From positions 145,640,001-145,704,000 of the forward strand of contig NC_058368.1 in NCBI RefSeq assembly GCF_018350175.1: DNA of 64,000 bases, read 5' to 3'. The stretch is from Felis catus (lineage: Eukaryota). The translations under genes were made by a program, and so were the position numbers. This document shows, in pieces, positions 37,843-50,652 of the stretch (position 1 is the stretch's first letter; each line of letters opens with the position of its first letter). The notes under the pieces are model-generated. The model saw nothing but the letters and a program-made list of their open reading frames with translations, had not been told where the DNA came from and ran no database searches.

Positions 37843-38066
37843 TTTTTTTAAATTTTTTTTTCAACGTTTATTTATTTTTTTGGGACAGAGAGAGACAGAG
37901 CATGAACGGGGGAGGGGCAGAGAGAGAGGGGGACACAGAATCGGAAACAGGCTCCAGCCTCTGAGCCATCAGCCCAGAGCCTGACGCGGGGCTCGAACTC
38001 CGGGACCGCGAGATCGTGACCTGGCTGAAGTCGGACGCTTAACCGACTGCGCCACCCAGGCGCCCC
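37843..38066 (-). mobile_element. young feline SINE (SINEC_Fc-like)
   Basis: TSD aggagtattatt at 37831-37842 and 38068-38079. CpGs intact. Confidence 0.95.
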
Positions 38067-38645
38067 TAGGAGTATTATTAATATGAGGTTGTTTCTCTCC
38101 AAGGTTGCTGGAGAGAGCTAGTCATGAGCCAGTCTTTTGGCCTTTGTTTTAAATTCCATATTTGTTTAGTTGTGCAAATCTATCCCCTACCTAAATCTGG
38201 TAAGAGGGCCCAAGAGAGTCTTTGTTTCTTTATGATAGCACCACTTTTTTTTTTAAACTTGAGAATAGAGTTGCAAGCCCTCATTCATGTAGCCTCACTC
38301 TGTATTTGGAAGCCAGCCTTAAGATAAATTCCTACCTCTAAGGTGGCCTGTAGCAGGAGGATCCCAGGTTTGATGTTGTGTCCATTGGTCATTCCACTGC
38401 CCCCTACCTGGATGCCTACAGGCTGACAGCCCCCTCCTTGGCTTGGTGCTGGGAAAGCCTTTGGGACCTATGGATGGAGTGCTGGAGGAGACACACACTT
38501 ACCTCTGCCCTCTTCTCCAGCATCAGACTCGACTGTGGCTGCTGTACTGCATGCATTTCTGCAGATGTGTCTTTGGCTCTCAAGATGCAGAGTGTTGGCT
38601 GGTCCAGTGCTGGGGGCTGCCAACAGGGGTGTCATGTGTTCTGTG

Positions 38646-38647
<2 letters not shown>

Positions 38648-38688
<41 letters not shown>
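38648..38688 (+). repeat. (TG)n microsatellite
   Basis: Read directly from the sequence. Confidence 0.95.
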
Positions 38689-38689
<1 letters not shown>

Positions 38690-40493
38690 TTTTAATGTTC
38701 CCAGCTGGAGTTTTCATGCTGATTGCAATAAGGACTCTCTTCAGTATATGTTTAGCTTTTTTCTGTCTTGATGAAGGAAATAATTGGTTATAAGAGAACT
38801 GAATAAGGAAAGAAAGAAGAGCAGATGCTCTCTCACCTCCTTCCCCCACCAACCAACATGCCTTCTGCTGTGTTTTTCCTGGCAGGAACCAGCTCTGTTC
38901 TGAGCAGTCCAAGCCTGGGAAATGGCTGGCCACATCCGGGCTCTGTTTTGGAGCTCAGCTCTGGATACATGGGCAGAGAATCCCCCATAGGAGCATTGTG
39001 GTCTCCCATTGAGAACAGAGTAGGGGATAGTCTCTCTGAAGGGCAGAGAATGCCTTCACCAAAAATGATTTTGAACCCTGCCTCCTTCAGGGCATCTGCA
39101 GCTGAATTCCTAAATGATGCAATGGGAGAATGATGGGGGAAAAAGGAGACATATATGAGCTTGATTCTTCTGTAGTATGTCTTCTTCATTCCCCAGATGA
39201 TGCGCTTGAGATGAGAGGTGGAGCTGAGCATCTAGCCCTCACTGCACACCACACCATTTTTATCCTCCTTTGGCATGTATACATATCCACTTTGCAATCA
39301 TGCCCTGGGCCACACTTGTAATCTCAAAGTTTTGTGAATTCTAACCACTGATCTGTGCCCTACTTCTGAATGTGATCTTCTTACCGAGGTTGATAGTAGC
39401 CACTCTCTTGTATGGATATTTCTCCTTATAGGTAAATCCTAGCTAATCATTTCCTCTTAACTTTTTGCTTAAAGGAGACCTGTAGGTATGATCTTTTGTC
39501 AGAGGTGATCTCTCCAGGCCTAAGTCTAAACCATTGAGCGTCTCTCAGAGAATGAGGACTGGTTCTTCAGTTTCGGACACTTTGGAGGAGAGTAGGAGAA
39601 TGGAAGGAGTGAACATCACAGTGCTGTACTGAATGCGTTGGTGGTCTGACTTGCTGAAGCCTGAGATGATTTCCTTCTCCTAGTACTAGGACGATTGGTC
39701 CAACTTGCCAAAAACCAATTTGCCAATTGTTGAACACCCAATTTGCTCAGTTTACCAAATTTACTAATTTATCAAATTGTGTTTATGTATTCTAAAGACT
39801 TGAACAATTGGCACAGGCTGGGTCTGCTGGGCCTGAAAAAGCTCTGGGGAGTCCAGGGCAATGGTCCCTGGAAACAGGCCTGCAGGTAGCACACAGGAGC
39901 CTCCAGGGAGCGCCTGGCGAGACTCCAGGGAGTCTCCTGGCGAGACTGTGATGTGCATTAGATAAATGTGTGGGGAATTATTCAAGCATTCACTGCTGAA
40001 ATACAGAGCAGTTCTGACTATTCAACTCTTGTTTTTAAGCCACTTCTTACGTTTTCCCATTCTTGTGTTTAAAGGCTCACCAAGGTGTATTCTACACTGG
40101 CTACCTTGACGTAACACAGTTCCTGTCCTCCTACCATGTCATTTGTTTGGTTCTTCATCTCTTTTCCCTCTCATTTTGGAGAAACACCAGATCTCTCTCA
40201 TTTTCTCCTGCAGAGCACTAGCAGAATAGTCTCTTTAGCTGTCTCTTTTATTGCTTTTGTTTCTGATGATCCTTGTACTTTCAGTCTACCTTCTACCACA
40301 AAAGACCATCCAAAGGAAAAATTGTTTCTTCCCTAACAGCAATTATGGTACCAGTTCTTCAGGTAATAATAATTATAAATTTTCTACACATAAGCACACT
40401 CTTACAATTTGGGGAAAAATTTTTTTTTTCCAAATTTTTGCAAATCCAATGTGATAGCCTTCATATATTAAGCACTCAAATATTTTAGTAATT

Positions 40494-40715
40494 TTTTTTT
40501 TAATTTTTTTTCCAACATTTATTTATTTTTGGGACAGAGAGAGACACAGCATGAACGGGGGAGGGGCAGAGAGAGAGGGAGACACAGAATCGGAAACAGG
40601 CTCCAGGCTCTGAGCCATCAGCCCAGAGCCTGACGCGGGGCTCGAACTCCCAGACTGCGAGATCGTGACCTGGCTGAAGTCGGACGCCTAACCGACTGCG
40701 CCACCCAGGCGCCCC
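40494..40715 (-). mobile_element. young feline SINE (SINEC_Fc-like)
   Basis: Perfect 18-bp TSD tcaaatattttagtaatt at 40476-40493 and 40716-40733. Confidence 0.95.
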
Positions 40716-41275
40716 TCAAATATTTTAGTAATTAACAAGGGGTTGTGTTTTGTAATGAAATAATGTGATAGTTCTCTACCCTCTTCCTTCTAAAGTCATA
40801 GCAGGCTGCTTAAACTTGGCTTTACCCTAGCTCTTAGGCGAAGAAGAGAAAACTGAGCTCAGCAGATTGGGAGATAAGATTAGGGGACTGACACAGAAGC
40901 TCTTGTTAGTAAATAAGGATTTTTGTCTGGCCTTCCCTGAATTCTCAAAATCCTCAAGTGTGGCAGTTGGGACTGGGGGGGCACCAGGCTATAAGTTCTT
41001 TGGACAGAAGATGAGAATATTAGATATCAGGGCTTATCTTGCAAATTTAAAATTATCTTGTGATATGTATAATTTATATATATTATTTATATATAAATAT
41101 AAATAATAGGATTTGAAGGATTTACTTAGGTTTTGAGAGCAAAGACAAAATACCTAATAGTGAGAAAGTGCCTACATGGAGAGGGATCTAGATCAGTGTC
41201 TCTGGTCAGTGTCAATCAGGTCTTGGTGGGATTAACTTCTAGACTGGTGGTATGTGCATCGTGTATGCAACTGGC

Positions 41276-41626
41276 TATCTAGTCTGCTTGGACCATGACA
41301 AAATGCCATAGAATGACTGTCTTAAAAAACAGAAATTAACTTTATCACAGTTCTGGAAGTCTGAGATAGGGTACCAATATGGCCAGTTTTTGGTGAAAAC
41401 CATCTTTCTGATGATCACCTCCTTGCTGTGCCCTTACATGGAGGGGAGAGAGTGCAAACTGTCTGGTGTCTTTTCTTATATGAGCACTAATTCCTTTATG
41501 AGGATTCCATGCTCATGACCTCATCTAAGCTTCCTTATCTCCTAAGGGCTCCATCTTTAAATACCATCATCTTGGAGGGCAGAACTTCAATGCATGAAGT
41601 GGAGGAATAAAACACAGTCCATAACA
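41276..41626 (-). mobile_element. MLT1A/B-like MaLR solo LTR
   Basis: atcttagtctgcttgg...aacagaaatt...cacagttctggaagtctgagat...catgacctcatctaa...acacagtccataaca. Confidence 0.85.
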
Positions 41627-42460
41627 ATGGCTGAAAAACTAGCTTGCTTTTACACTAAGATTATCGTCTTGGCTTTGAACTACACAATAAAGATATTACT
41701 AAGTATTATTCAGTTCTCTCTGCTATTTCCAAGTTGGACTGATCTGAGGAAGCAAACCAAAGCAAAAAGCAATATGCTTTTTTACCCCCTCTCCTTGAGC
41801 CTTTGATTAAAAAGTTCTCTGATACCATACATATCTAGGACACAACTATCCATTAACTAGCCATTTGTAACTATGTATGTATTTATTTTATGGACCAGCC
41901 ATTAATTTGATAGGTCTTCTGAGACGTCATATACTTCTATGATTAAGAGCAGATTGCCCAAATGGGGGTCCAAATTAAATAGTTCCTTCTGGACCTGCTG
42001 CTTCTATCACTGGCCTGACTCTCAGTTTCACATCTAGGTCACTCAGAATTAAATGGAAAGGGCTTCATCTGAAGTGGGGATTTTTAAAGATGAATTAAAG
42101 AAACCTGTTTGTGATCCTGGACTAGAACTTCAAGGTGAAGTGGGAGCTTAGATAAGATTTATACATGATGTGCTTGCAGCCCTCACCTATTCCTATTGAT
42201 GTGATTCACCTCTTTCAGTGACTGAGGTGTGATTAGTTCAAAGCCGGGAGGAATTATAATATAATGCCAAAGAAATGTCCTAGTATAGTTTGGTGAGCAT
42301 ATATATTTAATATGTGATATATATCTAAGTAATTTTAGTAGTTGCATAAGAAAATTTGCAAGAGGAAAACAATTGCCAACTAAAATGTATAAATAATAAA
42401 GGTACATGTTAAAACAGGTACTGTACTTATATTGCTTTTAATATAAATATGTGGAAATGA

Positions 42461-42669
42461 TTTTTTTATTATTATTTTTGGGACATTGAGAGACAGAGTA
42501 TGAGCAGGGGATGGGCAGAGAGAGAGAGAGGGAGACACAGAATCTGAAGCAGGCCCCAGGCTCCAAGCTGTCAGCACAGAACCCGATGTGGGGCTCAAAC
42601 TCACGAACTGTGAGATCATGACCCGAGCTGAAGTCAGATGCTTAACCAACTCAGCCACCCAGAAACCCC
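42461..42669 (-). mobile_element. Can-SINE
   Basis: TSD tgtggaaatgatttttt at 42450 and 42670. Confidence 0.93.
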
Positions 42670-45389
42670 TGTGGAAATGATTTTTTATTTGTTGGGAAGG
42701 GTCATCTCTAAATTTCCTGTGAATTTTGGCATTGTTTATTCTACTCTTTTAGAATCTTCCATATATATATATGACTGTATTTCCTGAGCTCCACAATGAA
42801 CAAACAAACTAGAGTAATTTGAATCCAGCCCTTAAAATTTAATCTCCTGGGATAGTCCATTTCAGAATAAGGGTGGAAATCTCAAGCAGCGGTAGCATAT
42901 TCTTGTACTTACCTGAAAGTGTATGCTGGTATGAGAATCAGCTAACAAAAAACCAGGTGACTATCAGAATGAAACAAGATGTAGGAGACCTTGTAATGCA
43001 TGGCAGAAATTCAGGCTTGATTGGATCCCTTGAAGGGCAAGGTGATTTTTGTTGTGTGGACAACCCAGGTAAAGTGAGGAAAATGGACGAGGGCCCAACA
43101 AGGACTAGTGCCCTCTAAAGCATTTAGGCCAAATGGGATTATAGCATAGAAAAAGAAGAAAAGGGATAAAGAAACAAAAGTATGAAAGTAAATGACTCAA
43201 ATTTACCAATATTGAAAGTTTCAAATGTTTCTCTAATAAAGATAACCAAGTTATAGGTCTTAATTTTGTCCTGCCATCTTTCCGTTCATTACAAAGATGA
43301 GTACCTGTTCTGACCACTTGGGGTCTCTAGAGAATCACTGATCAGGTGTCTGAAGCCTGATAACCTTTTGGTTATCAGTTCCTGGAAGAGGTAGAAGTGT
43401 TTAGTTTTTCCAACAGGATTAGCCACAGGAGATCCAATGCCTGAATTGTATATTCCTGAAGTTAAAAAACTGTATGTAGCTATTTCAGTGGGTAGCTACT
43501 TACTGAATTCCAAGCTGGCACTGTCATCCCTCAAATATATTGATGATCAAGTATGTTTGCTGTACTGATGGTAGAAATTGTACGATTTCACTATTATTTC
43601 TTGGAGTAACAATACTGCTTCCTATCACAAAGGCAAATACCATGGGGCACTAATTTATACAATCATTATAAGTTATTTATAACTTAGTACGACTTATTCT
43701 TTCATTGGAATTTCCCAGGGTGCTTATTAAGGACAGATCAGAGTCAGCTGGGGACAGTTAAGAGGCGAAGACAAATTTCATTCACTTCACACCATTGCAG
43801 AAGCCTGGCCCACTCAGGGTCCTCTTCCAACTTCCTGCCCATAGGAAAATACTAACCCTGGGGTCAAGAGAGCAAATTGCCCTCAGTTTCCTTAAGCCCT
43901 CCTGTTTGAGAGGATGATTTCCAGACTTTCCAGGGACATTGACAATATCACCTCCAGAGTCCTTAGTATGACTCTTCCTGGTCACACAGACTGTAGCTAT
44001 TTTGGACATGACCGGCATTTTTGATAGTGTTGGTGATGACAGGTATGCATTTTAACATTCTTTTAAATACTCCTGTAATTATTTGGAATGAATCAGTGCC
44101 GAAATCTAGGGAATAATGGAGTCCTTTCTCATCATCTTTGGATTATATGCTGTGGGAAATTTTATTTTGATGCTGTCTCATTTTTATCTCAAAATTTTGG
44201 ATGTTTCCTGATATATGTCCTCTGGTGCACACTAATTTCTCATACATTTTTCCAACTATTAAACATTTATTGAGAGTCTTTTACTTTCTACCTACCCTGA
44301 AAGCTCTATGGATATAAAGATGAATAAGCATGGGACAGGGCTCTTATGAAGTCTATCAACCAGTAGGAGAGACAGATGCGGAAAGGCAGTTAGAAAATGC
44401 ATGATGAATAGAGAAGTACAAAGTGCTTTGGGACCAAGAAAAAAGAACTTTTAAAAAAGTAAAGTTCTTTTTCTCAGCTTGTTTGAAAGCAACCATCTGT
44501 TATTGTTGTTGTTACTATTATTTTTTTTATCAGAGAACACTAGTCTAATGATAAACTTGATGCCTTTGATACATTTTTAAATTGCTCCAAGCTGCTTTAA
44601 AAGGCAGTGATCACAGCATGATAGGGGAGAGCGTATGAGAAGCAATCTAGCCAAGTCCTGCTGGTGTAACTCATTGAGCAGCAGTGACCTCTCATCTATT
44701 TTGAGGGGGACCAGTGACCAGTGGGGCTGCCCAGGCTTTCACAATAGATATCCTGCAAATCCTGGGTCAGTATTGCTGGAACACAGACAATTCCTTACTG
44801 AAGGGAATGTTATAAAGTGCCTATGTTCTGCAATTTTTCAAGGAATGTGGCCATCTCTCAGTAACCTATCCTTTTGGAGACTTGCTTACAAAACAGACAA
44901 TTAGGTGAATGTCTGAGATTTGGAAGTGTGAATCTACGGAAGGGGAAAGAATAAACCCTGTCCTTTGAGCAGAGAGATGGGGTGGATGCTTATCACCACT
45001 CTCGGACCAGTCTTCTCAGTAGGCCGTCTCTGCTGCTAAAATCGTTTACTGACATGTGGTGTGGACTTGTTTTATTTCTGAACTAAATAGCATTGTGTTC
45101 AGCTCTCTTCATGTGAGAGCAAATTTCATGTCTTCTTTTTGATTTTTGTAAAAACACGTAGATTACAATGAAGTAGTCCTTTTGACTTTTTACTTTTCGG
45201 TGGGCATGGACTTTTATTAATCCCAGACCGCCCTTTTTCCTTGGAGAATCACTTTTGTTCCTTTTAAAATTAAATAGATCCATCATTCTCTATTTTCTTT
45301 CCTGCGATTCTTTTCCTGGAAAAAATATATTTCCAAACCTCCAAACCACAAAGTGAAACAACAGGAAACAGCGTTCTTACAACTGGGAA

Positions 45390-45392
<3 letters not shown>

Positions 45393-45434
<42 letters not shown>
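45393..45434 (+). repeat. (TG)21 microsatellite
   Basis: Read directly from the sequence. Confidence 0.95.
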
Positions 45435-45435
<1 letters not shown>

Positions 45436-46813
45436 ATGCGCGTGCGAGCATGTGCCATGGGTGAGGGGAGAGGTGAGCAGAGGATAAATATAACCCTCAT
45501 GTTCTGATGACATGTAGACCAGCCTATTAAACAACTGAATGCATATGGAGACCTGAGTGGGTAACTCACCAACCAAGAATTAAAAAGGATTTCTGAATCT
45601 AAGCTTGAACTCATTTTCAACTGTAGGTCAGCTAACATTTACCACATGTACTATGCACCAGGCATTTTGAGACCATATTATGTATAATGTGGGAATCTGA
45701 GATTAATAGTTGCCGAGTTATTGTTTTTATGTGCTGAACAGAGGAAGGGATGAGTTTGTCATGAGACCATTCACAGAAGGCCCGTGCATCATCTTCCCTA
45801 TCTCGCTTTCATTATTAGCACAAGTTAGAAATTCCAGAGGCCTTTTCTTTGTCTTTCTGCTTCTGTGCTTCAGGGTACCTTGTGTCAGGTAATCATCACA
45901 TTGATGTCCAATAAAGCTCTGAGTATGTAATTATATCTGCATCCTGTGGACATACATTTACATAAGCTGCTGTGATCATTTTAGTTTTTCCTACCCCAGT
46001 GCAACTTGAGAGACACTGGTTCTAAGACCACTCATCATCATCTTGGAGGAACTAATTCCCCTCTTTGATGTCTTTAGATGCTGGGGCCTTAGAACAAATC
46101 TGTTGTGTATGGAAATTAGAAAATCTAGAGGGAGGTGGGAGAAGAGAATGAGGCCACTGGGAGCTTGGTAACCAAAGAGCAGAGAAAGTTCTTTCAGGAT
46201 AGGTTTTTCTTATATTGAATGTTATGTCAGTCCAAGTTTTAGAAAGACGGGCTCAGGGGCCAAATAAGGTCTGCACAGCCCTTGATTCAAGGTCTCTTAT
46301 CCTGCCTGTCAGTTTCCCATACCTCTGATGTATCCAGGACCCAGAGTAATGGAGTTGAGTGCAGATCAACGTTTAAAGGACAGCCCTCATGCTATTCTTT
46401 GCTTAGATTTGCTCAGCTTTGTCACAGGGTTGGGAAGAGGGGATCATTGGGCTTTAGCCTCACATTAATGATGGGCCTCAAAATTTGACTTCTGAAGCTC
46501 TAAAAGAAGGTGTACATATGGTTATTAAAATTAATCTTGGGTCAAAAACATTTATTTGCTAAATATAAGTATATGAAACATATCCTAATTTTAACAGTGT
46601 TTTGGCATTTATTCATTTTTAAAAATATGTTAAGTTTCCAATTTTGGAATTGGCTGAGATTCTGAATTTACCAGAGGTTCTGAGTTTACCACCAAACAGC
46701 AACCAACATTTGAGGTTCCCTGGACTTTTGTTCTGGGCCAAATGACCTAGCTTGTCCCTCTGTTAATAGATCCAAAGAGCAGATTAAATTCACTACACAT
46801 CTTGATCTTTCTT

Positions 46814-47016
46814 TCTTTTTTAAAAAATGTTTATTTATTTTTGAGAGAAAGAGAACCCAAGTAGGGGAAGGGCAGAGAGAGAGGGGGACAGAGAATCCTA
46901 AGCACTGACAGTGCAGAACCTAATGTGGGGCTTGAACTCACGAACCAACCGTGAGACCATGACCTGAGCCGAAATCAAGAGCTGGATGCTTAATCCACAG
47001 AGCCATCCAGGCTCCC
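46814..47016 (-). mobile_element. Can-SINE
   Basis: TSD cttgatctttctt at 46801-46813 and 47017-47029. Confidence 0.9.
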
Positions 47017-47966
47017 CTTGATCTTTCTTATATGAGTATTTCAAAATGTTTTATTTTACATCAGCTTTTAAACTTTGCTCTGCATGCTTATAGGACACTA
47101 GCACCTTTTTCACTTATGAGAATTAATATTTTACCCAGTGAAACAGTGCCTCAGTTGGGGACATTTCTAACTATTGAAAGTGGCAGGAGGAAGGGGGGGA
47201 TGAAATTCCCAGAGTGCACAAAAGTGAAATAGGGTCTGCCAATATCCATCTAGTACTCCATATGAACAAAGCAATGAAAATGAAACAGTGTTTGGTCTGT
47301 GTGTGAGAAGGAGTATGTGTGTGTATGTGCATCTGTCTGTGTGCTGGTCTGTGTATCTTTGTGCAACAGTTGTGTGGCTGAGGCTTTATTGATCCTCAAA
47401 TGGAACTAGCTCAAGTGGTAGCCTCCAATTACAACAAATTTTTTGTTTTGCCTTTCTCTGGGCTGAAAGTACTGCCGATATTATCTGAGCAATGTCTGAG
47501 GCCCATTTCCATTTGGATTTGGAGATTGAGGTTTCTAAAAATTTCCAAAAGAAATTGGGCCAGTAGGGGAAGTCTGATGCAATCATCCTATTCTTATTTA
47601 TTCTTTAATTGCTGTTTCCTGTAGATACCTGTGTTTATATACTGTAAGACATAGTTTGCTTCATTTCACTATATATGCATTTTTGTTTTAATTTTTCTGG
47701 TTATAAAATAATAATACATGTTTTTTGTAGAAAACTTGGAAAGTATAGAAATGTATAAAGAAGCTAAAAAATCATGCACAATCTCAGCACTGTTATTTTA
47801 AGCTGACTTAATTCTGAAATAAGTTTTATTAATATTCACAGTGCAATAATTTCAATGAAAATGCTAACACACACATTTTTATGAGTTTTATGGTTGACCA
47901 TCTAAACCTATTTTTTGTGACCCTAAAATACTAAAGGGACCTGTTGAGATACCATTTAAAGTCCAT

Positions 47967-48185
47967 GGGGCACCTGGATGGCTCAGTTGATTAAGCGTCA
48001 GACTCTTGAATTCGGCTCAGGTCATGACGGAGCTCCACCATGGGCTCTGCCGTGACACTATGCAGCCTGCTAAGAATTGAATTCTCTTTCTCCCTCTCCC
48101 TCTGCCCCTCCCCCTGCTTGCACTCTCTCATTTTCTCTCTCCTCTCTCTCTCTCAAAATAAGTAAAGAAACAAACTTGAAAAAAT
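47967..48185 (+). mobile_element. Can-SINE
   Basis: TSD aaagtcca at 47958-47965 and 48186-48193. Confidence 0.88.
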
Positions 48186-48386
48186 AAAGTCCAAAGGTTA
48201 TGTGATATGTTCTGAATCTTCCCCTTTTCTTTAAAATTGAAAAGTGATAGTTAATACTTATTCCTTACTGTGTACCAGCCACTGTACTAAATTCTTTACA
48301 TGGATTAAGTACTTTAATACTTACAACCTTATAAGTACTATTGGTAGATTTCTATTTTACAGGTGGAAAAGTAGAGTTGAGAGATA

Positions 48387-49063
48387 CAGCAGTCCCCTCA
48401 TCGGCAGTTTCGCTTTCCGCAGTTTCAGTGCCGGCCTTGCGTCAACCGTAGTCTGGAAGCGGGTGATTCTCGTGACGAATCTTTGGAAGGTCAATAGTAT
48501 CCTAACTCTACCTTATGTTGCCTAAGTTATTTACCCCGCCTCGTCTCACCGCGTAGGCTTTTTATCTTCTCACATCCTCACAAGGAGAAAGACAGTATAA
48601 GATACTTTGAGAAAGAGAGACACTTCGTTCACGTCACTCCTATTACATGAATTGTTACAGTTGTTCTATTTTATTTTGTTTTAAGTTTATTTGAGAGAGA
48701 ACGAGCGAGCACACGTGGGGGAGGGGCAGAGAGACCGGGAGAGAGAATCTCAAGCAGACTGCGTGCTGTCAGTGAAGCCCGACACAGGGCTCGAACTGAG
48801 GAACCCTGAGATCATGACCTGAGCCGAAATGAAGAACTGGATGCTTAACGGACTGAGCCACCCAGGTGCCCCAACTTTTCTATTTTATTATTTATTTTTG
48901 TTAATCTCTTACTGTGCCTAGCTTATAAAATAAACTTTGTCATAGATATGTATAGGAAAAAAAAAAACACAGTATATACAGGGTTCAGTACTATCTGCCG
49001 TTTCAGGCATCCCCCGGAGGTCTCGGACCATCCCCTGCAGGTAAAGGGGGGCGGTCGCTATTG
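48387..49063. mobile_element. Tigger2a-like TcMar-Tigger DNA transposon, inserted in a MIR and carrying a SINE
   Basis: TA|cagcagtcccctcatcggcagtttcgctttccgcagtttcag ... gtaaaggggggcggtcgctattg|TA. MIR halves at ~48245-48385 and ~49065-49140. Confidence 0.85.
48676..48872 (-). mobile_element. Can-SINE nested in Tigger2a
   Basis: TSD ttctattttatt at 48664-48675 and 48878-48889. Confidence 0.9.
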
Positions 49064-50474
49064 TATTAAGTAATTTGACCAAGGTTACACACTAGTAAGT
49101 GGTAGGTGGGATTCTGAGCAGAACCTGTGTTCTGAAACCCTCAGCAACCTTCTCCTAAACTTGACAGTGCTTAGTTTCTTAAAGAGATAAGGTCCTAGCC
49201 ATATCAGTAGGGCATTTTGAACACATGAAAGAGCAGCAAATCACATCCCTTCCCTTTGATTTCCACAGAAACATGTCCCCTGTATCAAGTGGTGACAAGC
49301 CACATGTGAGCTTTGCTCAGGCGACAGGCTGGAAATGCATGTGTGTGGCAGGCAGGCTTGTGAGATCACATCCGAAGGCTGGCTGGACTCCTTTCAGTCC
49401 TTTGGTGTGTTGATTTAGATGAGAGGGAGAGGACACAAAGCCCTCTTCTTTGGCTTAGAAGATTATGGAGCTGCAACTTCAAAAGCTGTTTGCAATTTTA
49501 TATTTGCATCTCACTGCCAAGGTGCTTGTCTTATCTTAAGTCAGTTGGCTGAGGCTGCTCTGAGTAAGCTGGGCGGTTTCCTTTCTGCATTTGGAAGGGA
49601 GTTTTGGGGGCAGGAGGGGCAGGCTGTGGAGAGGTATTTGTGGCTGAGAGCATGTCAGAGTGGAAGAGAGGGAAATAGACTGAGAGGATGGCAGGAGGAA
49701 CAGGAATGAGGGAGTTTGGGGGAGGGGAGGGGAGAGAAGAGGAGAGGCCTTCTCTAATATGTGCTGGTGTGAGATCCCTACAGTGTAAGCAGAAAAAGCT
49801 CAGAATTTAGAGTAAGACCTGGTTAGAGTTCTGCCTCTCCAGCTTTGTGACCTTGGCCAATTGATTAAATCTCTTGGGCCTTATGTATCCTTTTCTTCAC
49901 CATTCACCCTATTGTCTGTTTCTTGCTAGGCTCAGGTAGTAATATTGCCCTTAACACCCCATGCCCAGCTTGATCTAGAAGGAAGAATGCTGGCTTGGGA
50001 GGCAAGAGATCAGGATTGATTTTTTTTTTTTTTTTTTTTGTCTTTATTCTTCATCAGCTCTGATCCTGGGTAAGAGAAAGCTTTGTGACATCCAGTTTCC
50101 TCACCTCTCAAATCTGTAATAGTACATGCCCATCTCACCTCATATGGTTTTTGGGAGGTTCAAAGGAAATCAGGTATTTGCAAAAGATTTTGTAAACCTA
50201 AAAGAATTTTCCGATGAGATGTTCTAGATGCTGGGCTAAAAGGTACAACTGAGCACAAAATGCGGGTGGGCTGCTTGACTCTCACTGGGGGATGGCAGAC
50301 AGATTTCAGTTTGTGAGCCAACTTTCACTGACTGGTGGTGGCTACCTGGAGCTCCACACGGAGAACGATTCTGTGTCTTTGGCTAGGCTCAGTGGGAAGG
50401 AGCACTGGTATTGATTATTAATGTCTGCCTTGGATAGAGGAGTAAGAGAATTGACTTCTGTGCCATATGTTTTG

Positions 50475-50652
50475 CCTAGTGATTCATAAGTCTGGTTGTT
50501 CATTGGATTCATAGGGATAACTTGGTAAAATTTTCTCATGCTACAGATTTCTGACTTAGTAGGCCAAGGGTGAGACCTGGGAATCTTCATTTTTTAAAAA
50601 AGTTTTTCTTTCTGTGTTATTCTGATAGTTGCGTCAGTTTGGGCACCATCAC
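50475..50652. mobile_element. MER5-like hAT-Charlie MITE
   Basis: cagatttctgacttagtagg...gggtgagacctgggaatcttcattttt...ttctgat...agtttgggcacca. Confidence 0.6.

Noticed and set aside
44440..44472. 12-bp inverted repeat aaaaagaacttt/aaagttcttttt (also ctaaaagtac/gtacttttag at 54819-54843)
   Set aside because: Short, AT-rich and low complexity, so expected by chance in 64 kb. Prokaryote-style terminators do not apply here.
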